A stretch of 64,000 bases of DNA from Myxococcota bacterium (GTDB lineage: Bacteria; Myxococcota_A; UBA796; SXON01): positions 192,001 to 256,000 of the forward strand of contig JAZKFH010000032.1 of assembly GCA_040386535.1 (NCBI GenBank), written 5' to 3'. Under the pieces are notes generated by a model. It was not told the origin of the DNA and ran no database searches. It worked only from the letters and a program-made list of their open reading frames with translations. The translations under genes were made by a program, and so were the position numbers. Shown piece after piece: positions 60,993-64,000 of the stretch; position 1 is the first letter of the stretch, and each line of letters starts with the position of its first letter.

Positions 60993-63900
60993 ATGCCAAC
61001 CGACCTCTCCCCTCCCGACTGCCCCTTCTGCGCCCCCTCGGGCATCGCAACCGTCGCCGAGAACCTCCTCGCCTTCGCCTTCCGCGACCGCTACCCCGTC
61101 TCCCCCGGTCACACCCTCGTCGTCACCCGGCGCCACGTCTCCGACTTCTTCGGCTGCACGGTCGAGGAGCGCGCAGCCCTCCTCGACCTCGTCGATCGCG
61201 TCAAGGCCGACCTCGACGTCGAGCTTCACCCGGACGCCTACAACGTAGGCTTCAACGCAGGCGAGGCCGCGGGCCAGACGGTGATGCACGTCCACGTGCA
61301 TGTCATCCCCCGCTTCCATGGCGACGTCGAGGATCCGCGCGGCGGCGTTCGCTACGTGGTGCCCGACAAGGCGAACTACCTGCGCCAGCGCGCCGAGATC
61401 CTTCCGGACGGCGACCTGGGCGGCAGCTTCTACCTCGCGCTCGCACCGCTGCTCGCTCGGGCCACCCGCATCGACATCCTCGCCGCGTTCGTCCAGGACA
61501 GCGGCCTGGCGCTGATCGAGCCCGCCGTGCAGGAGGCGCTCACACGCGGCGCGCGGCTGCGCATCCTGACGGGCGACTACCTCGACATCACCCAGGTCGA
61601 CGCGCTGCGACGGTTGGCGGATTGGGCCGCGGCCACAGCGGCCGAGCGCGGCGCGGACACCGATGCCCTGGCCATCGCGGGGGACCTTCACGCCCGAGTG
61701 ATCGAGACGAGACACTTGGGTGGGCGCTCGTTCCATCCCAAGGCATGGCACCTGCAGGGCGAGGATTTTGGTGTCACGTTCGTCGGCAGCAGCAACCTTT
61801 CGAAGTCGGCGCTGCACGACGGGATCGAGTGGAACCTCCGCGTCGATCGGCACCATGATCGGGCGGCGTGGTCGCGGGTGGCCGCCTCCTACGAGCGCCT
61901 GTGGTCGGCCGCGCGGATCATCGACGCCGACTGGATCGCCGGGTACGCCGCTCGGGTCCGGTTGCGACCGCGTCCGCTCCCCCTTGGGGAGGTTGCGGAC
62001 CAGCCGGCCGTCGCGCTCCCGGACCCCACGGGCCTGCAGAGGGAAGCGCTCGATGCGCTGGCGGCGAGCCGCCAGGAGAATCGCAGACGAGCGCTCGTCG
62101 TCATGGCAACCGGGCTCGGAAAGACCGTCCTCGCCGCCCTCGACATCGCGTCGGTCGCGCGCGAGCGAGGGGCAGCTCCGTCGGTGTTGTGGATCGCCCA
62201 TCGGCGCGAGCTGCTCGAACAGGCGGCGAGCACCCTCCGCCGCGGCCTGACCGACGCCCGCTTCGCGTGGATGCTCGGCGGCGAGCGGCCCGAAGAGCCG
62301 TTCGACGTGCTCTTCGCATCGGTCCAGACGATTGCCCGCCCGGCGACCCTCGCCTCGCTGACCGCGGATCGCTTCGACTACATCGTCGTCGACGAGGTGC
62401 ATCACGCCGACGCCCCGTCCTACCGCCGCATCCTCGCCCACTTCTCTCCGGCGTTCCTGCTCGGCCTCACCGCGACACCCGAACGTGCCGATGGTGGCGA
62501 TGTTCCCGGCCTGTTCGACGACCATGTCCCCTACCGCGCCGACGTCGGCACCGGGATCGGCGAGGATCTGCTGGTCCCGTTCGCGTACTTCGGCCTCGCG
62601 GACACGACCGACTACCGGCCGATCTCCTGGCGTAGCGGTCGGTTCGACGTCGCCGAGCTGTCGACCGCTCTCGAGACCCAGGCGCGGATGGAGAAGCTCT
62701 GGGCCGCCTGGAACGAGCCCGGCAGGTCCGGCTCGCGAACGATGGTGTTCTGCGCGTCCGTCGCCCACGCCGGGTTCGTGCGCGACTGGCTCGGGGCACG
62801 CGGCGTGCGCGTACGCCTCTGCCACGGCGGCCGGGGCTCCGACGACCGCACCGCGGCGTTGCAGGACCTCGAAGCGGGGCGAATCGACGCGATCTGCAGC
62901 GTCGACCTGTTCAACGAGGGGATCGACTGTCGCCCGCTCGATCGGGTCGTCATGCTGCGCCCGACCGAGTCGCCCGTCCTGTTCCTCCAACAGTTGGGCC
63001 GCGGACTCCGGAAGGCCGAGGGCAAGGCACGACTGGTCGTGATCGACTTCGTCGGGAACCACAAGGTCTTCCTCGACCGCGTGCGCACGCTGTTGAGCCT
63101 GGGAGGGGGCGAGGCTTCGCTGCAGGCGTTCGTGGCGCGTGGTGTCACCCAACTCCCGCCCAACTGCTCCCTCGACTTCGAGCTCGAAGCGATCGACCTG
63201 CTCAGACGGCTCCTGCCGGCCGGTGGCGGCGCCAGCGCCCTGGTCGCGGCGTACCGGGAGCTGCGCGCCGCGCGTGGCGAGCGTCCGATGGCAGGCGAGC
63301 TGGTGCGGCGCGGGTACACACTTGGTTCGCTGCTGACCGGCCACCAAGGTTGGTTTGGTTTCCTGGCCGCGGAAGGCGACCTGACAACCGTCGAGGCCTC
63401 GGTCGCCACGACGGCCGGCGCATGGCTGCGCGAAGTGCAGTCCACGCCGATGACGAAGTGCTTCAAGATGGTCGTCCTCGAGGTGCTCCTCGACGCGGAC
63501 GCGCTGCTCGACGGCATGGACCTCGCCGATCTCGCGGCGCGCTCGCACGACCTCTTGGTCCGGTCCCCCGAGCTGTTCGAAGACCTCGACGGCGTCCAGA
63601 ACCTCGAAGACGCCCAGCACCCTGAGCCGAAGCTGTGGGCGGCGTACTGGCGGAAGAACCCCATCGCGGCGTGGTGCAACGGCCCCTGGTTCAAGCTCGA
63701 TGGGACACGGCTTGTCTCCCGCCTGCCCTCCGCGGACGTGGAGACGCTCGCTGCGATGACCCGTGAGTTGGTGGACGCTCGCCTGGCGACCTATCGGCGG
63801 CGGCGAGAAGGGGGCGGCGAGGCGGTGGACGCGAAGGTCTCGTGGAACCAGCGCGACCCAATCCTGTTCCTCCCCACCGGCGCCCGGCGCGACCGGCTGC

Positions 63901-64000
63901 CCACCGGCGATGTCGATGTCCGCATGCCCGACGGTGCCCCGTGGCGCTTCCGGTTCGCCAAGGTCGCGGTCAACGTGGCCCACCCGGTCGGACGCGACCG
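60993..64000 (+). CDS. 3'-truncated HIT + PLD nuclease + SF2 (DExH) helicase fusion, SauUSI/DUF3427-like (missing from the ORF track)
   Basis: Open frame from ATG 60993 to the window end: CPFC..PGHTL..HVHVHVIPR (HIT); FHPKAW..GSSNLS (PLD); ATGLGKT, DEVHH, LTATP, FNEGID, QQLGRGLR. Confidence 0.9.
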   Translation, partial: MPTDLSPPDCPFCAPSGIATVAENLLAFAFRDRYPVSPGHTLVVTRRHVSDFFGCTVEERAALLDLVDRVKADLDVELHPDAYNVGFNAGEAAGQTVMHVHVHVIPRFHGDVEDPRGGVRYVVPDKANYLRQRAEILPDGDLGGSFYLALAPLLARATRIDILAAFVQDSGLALIEPAVQEALTRGARLRILTGDYLDITQVDALRRLADWAAATAAERGADTDALAIAGDLHARVIETRHLGGRSFHPKAWHLQGEDFGVTFVGSSNLSKSALHDGIEWNLRVDRHHDRAAWSRVAASYERLWSAARIIDADWIAGYAARVRLRPRPLPLGEVADQPAVALPDPTGLQREALDALAASRQENRRRALVVMATGLGKTVLAALDIASVARERGAAPSVLWIAHRRELLEQAASTLRRGLTDARFAWMLGGERPEEPFDVLFASVQTIARPATLASLTADRFDYIVVDEVHHADAPSYRRILAHFSPAFLLGLTATPERADGGDVPGLFDDHVPYRADVGTGIGEDLLVPFAYFGLADTTDYRPISWRSGRFDVAELSTALETQARMEKLWAAWNEPGRSGSRTMVFCASVAHAGFVRDWLGARGVRVRLCHGGRGSDDRTAALQDLEAGRIDAICSVDLFNEGIDCRPLDRVVMLRPTESPVLFLQQLGRGLRKAEGKARLVVIDFVGNHKVFLDRVRTLLSLGGGEASLQAFVARGVTQLPPNCSLDFELEAIDLLRRLLPAGGGASALVAAYRELRAARGERPMAGELVRRGYTLGSLLTGHQGWFGFLAAEGDLTTVEASVATTAGAWLREVQSTPMTKCFKMVVLEVLLDADALLDGMDLADLAARSHDLLVRSPELFEDLDGVQNLEDAQHPEPKLWAAYWRKNPIAAWCNGPWFKLDGTRLVSRLPSADVETLAAMTRELVDARLATYRRRREGGGEAVDAKVSWNQRDPILFLPTGARRDRLPTGDVDVRMPDGAPWRFRFAKVAVNVAHPVGRD

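Larger units (their letters stand above)
53210..64000. mobile_element. Putative tRNA-Asn-anchored accessory/defence island (no integrase in window)
   Basis: Gene remnants, TA pair, toxin/immunity pair, restriction-like helicase and long non-coding gaps start right after the tRNA. Confidence 0.55.

Overview
High-GC (roughly 70%+) bacterial chromosome segment. Its gene content (DCDD/FG-GAP surface proteins, Glt-like OM barrel and TPR protein, calpain) suggests a Myxococcota/deltaproteobacterial lineage. 0-24 kb: envelope and housekeeping genes (tamB-tamA, tRNA-Gly, clpS-clpA, a VWA lipoprotein/OM barrel/GltC-like operon, marC, thiD). 24.6-34.6 kb: aromatic catabolism (boxR, boxC-boxB, crcB, hcrCAB-like molybdoenzyme). 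34.6-53.2 kb: mixed core genes (pal, tatD, pgi, FKBP, CobW, S11 peptidase, calpain, zinc protease), a REP/MITE-like repeat element and tRNA-Asn. Beyond tRNA-Asn: an accessory/defence island with gene remnants, AbiEi/AbiEii, a frameshifted EndoU-like toxin tip plus immunity gene that shares an in-frame 30-bp direct repeat with a neighbouring gene, and a HIT-PLD-SF2 helicase running off the window end. The most striking unexplained signal is 20 copies of TGANACA, mostly inside coding sequence and confined to 24.5-37.5 kb, near an apparent GC-skew switch. All calls come from reading motifs by eye; no database searches were run.
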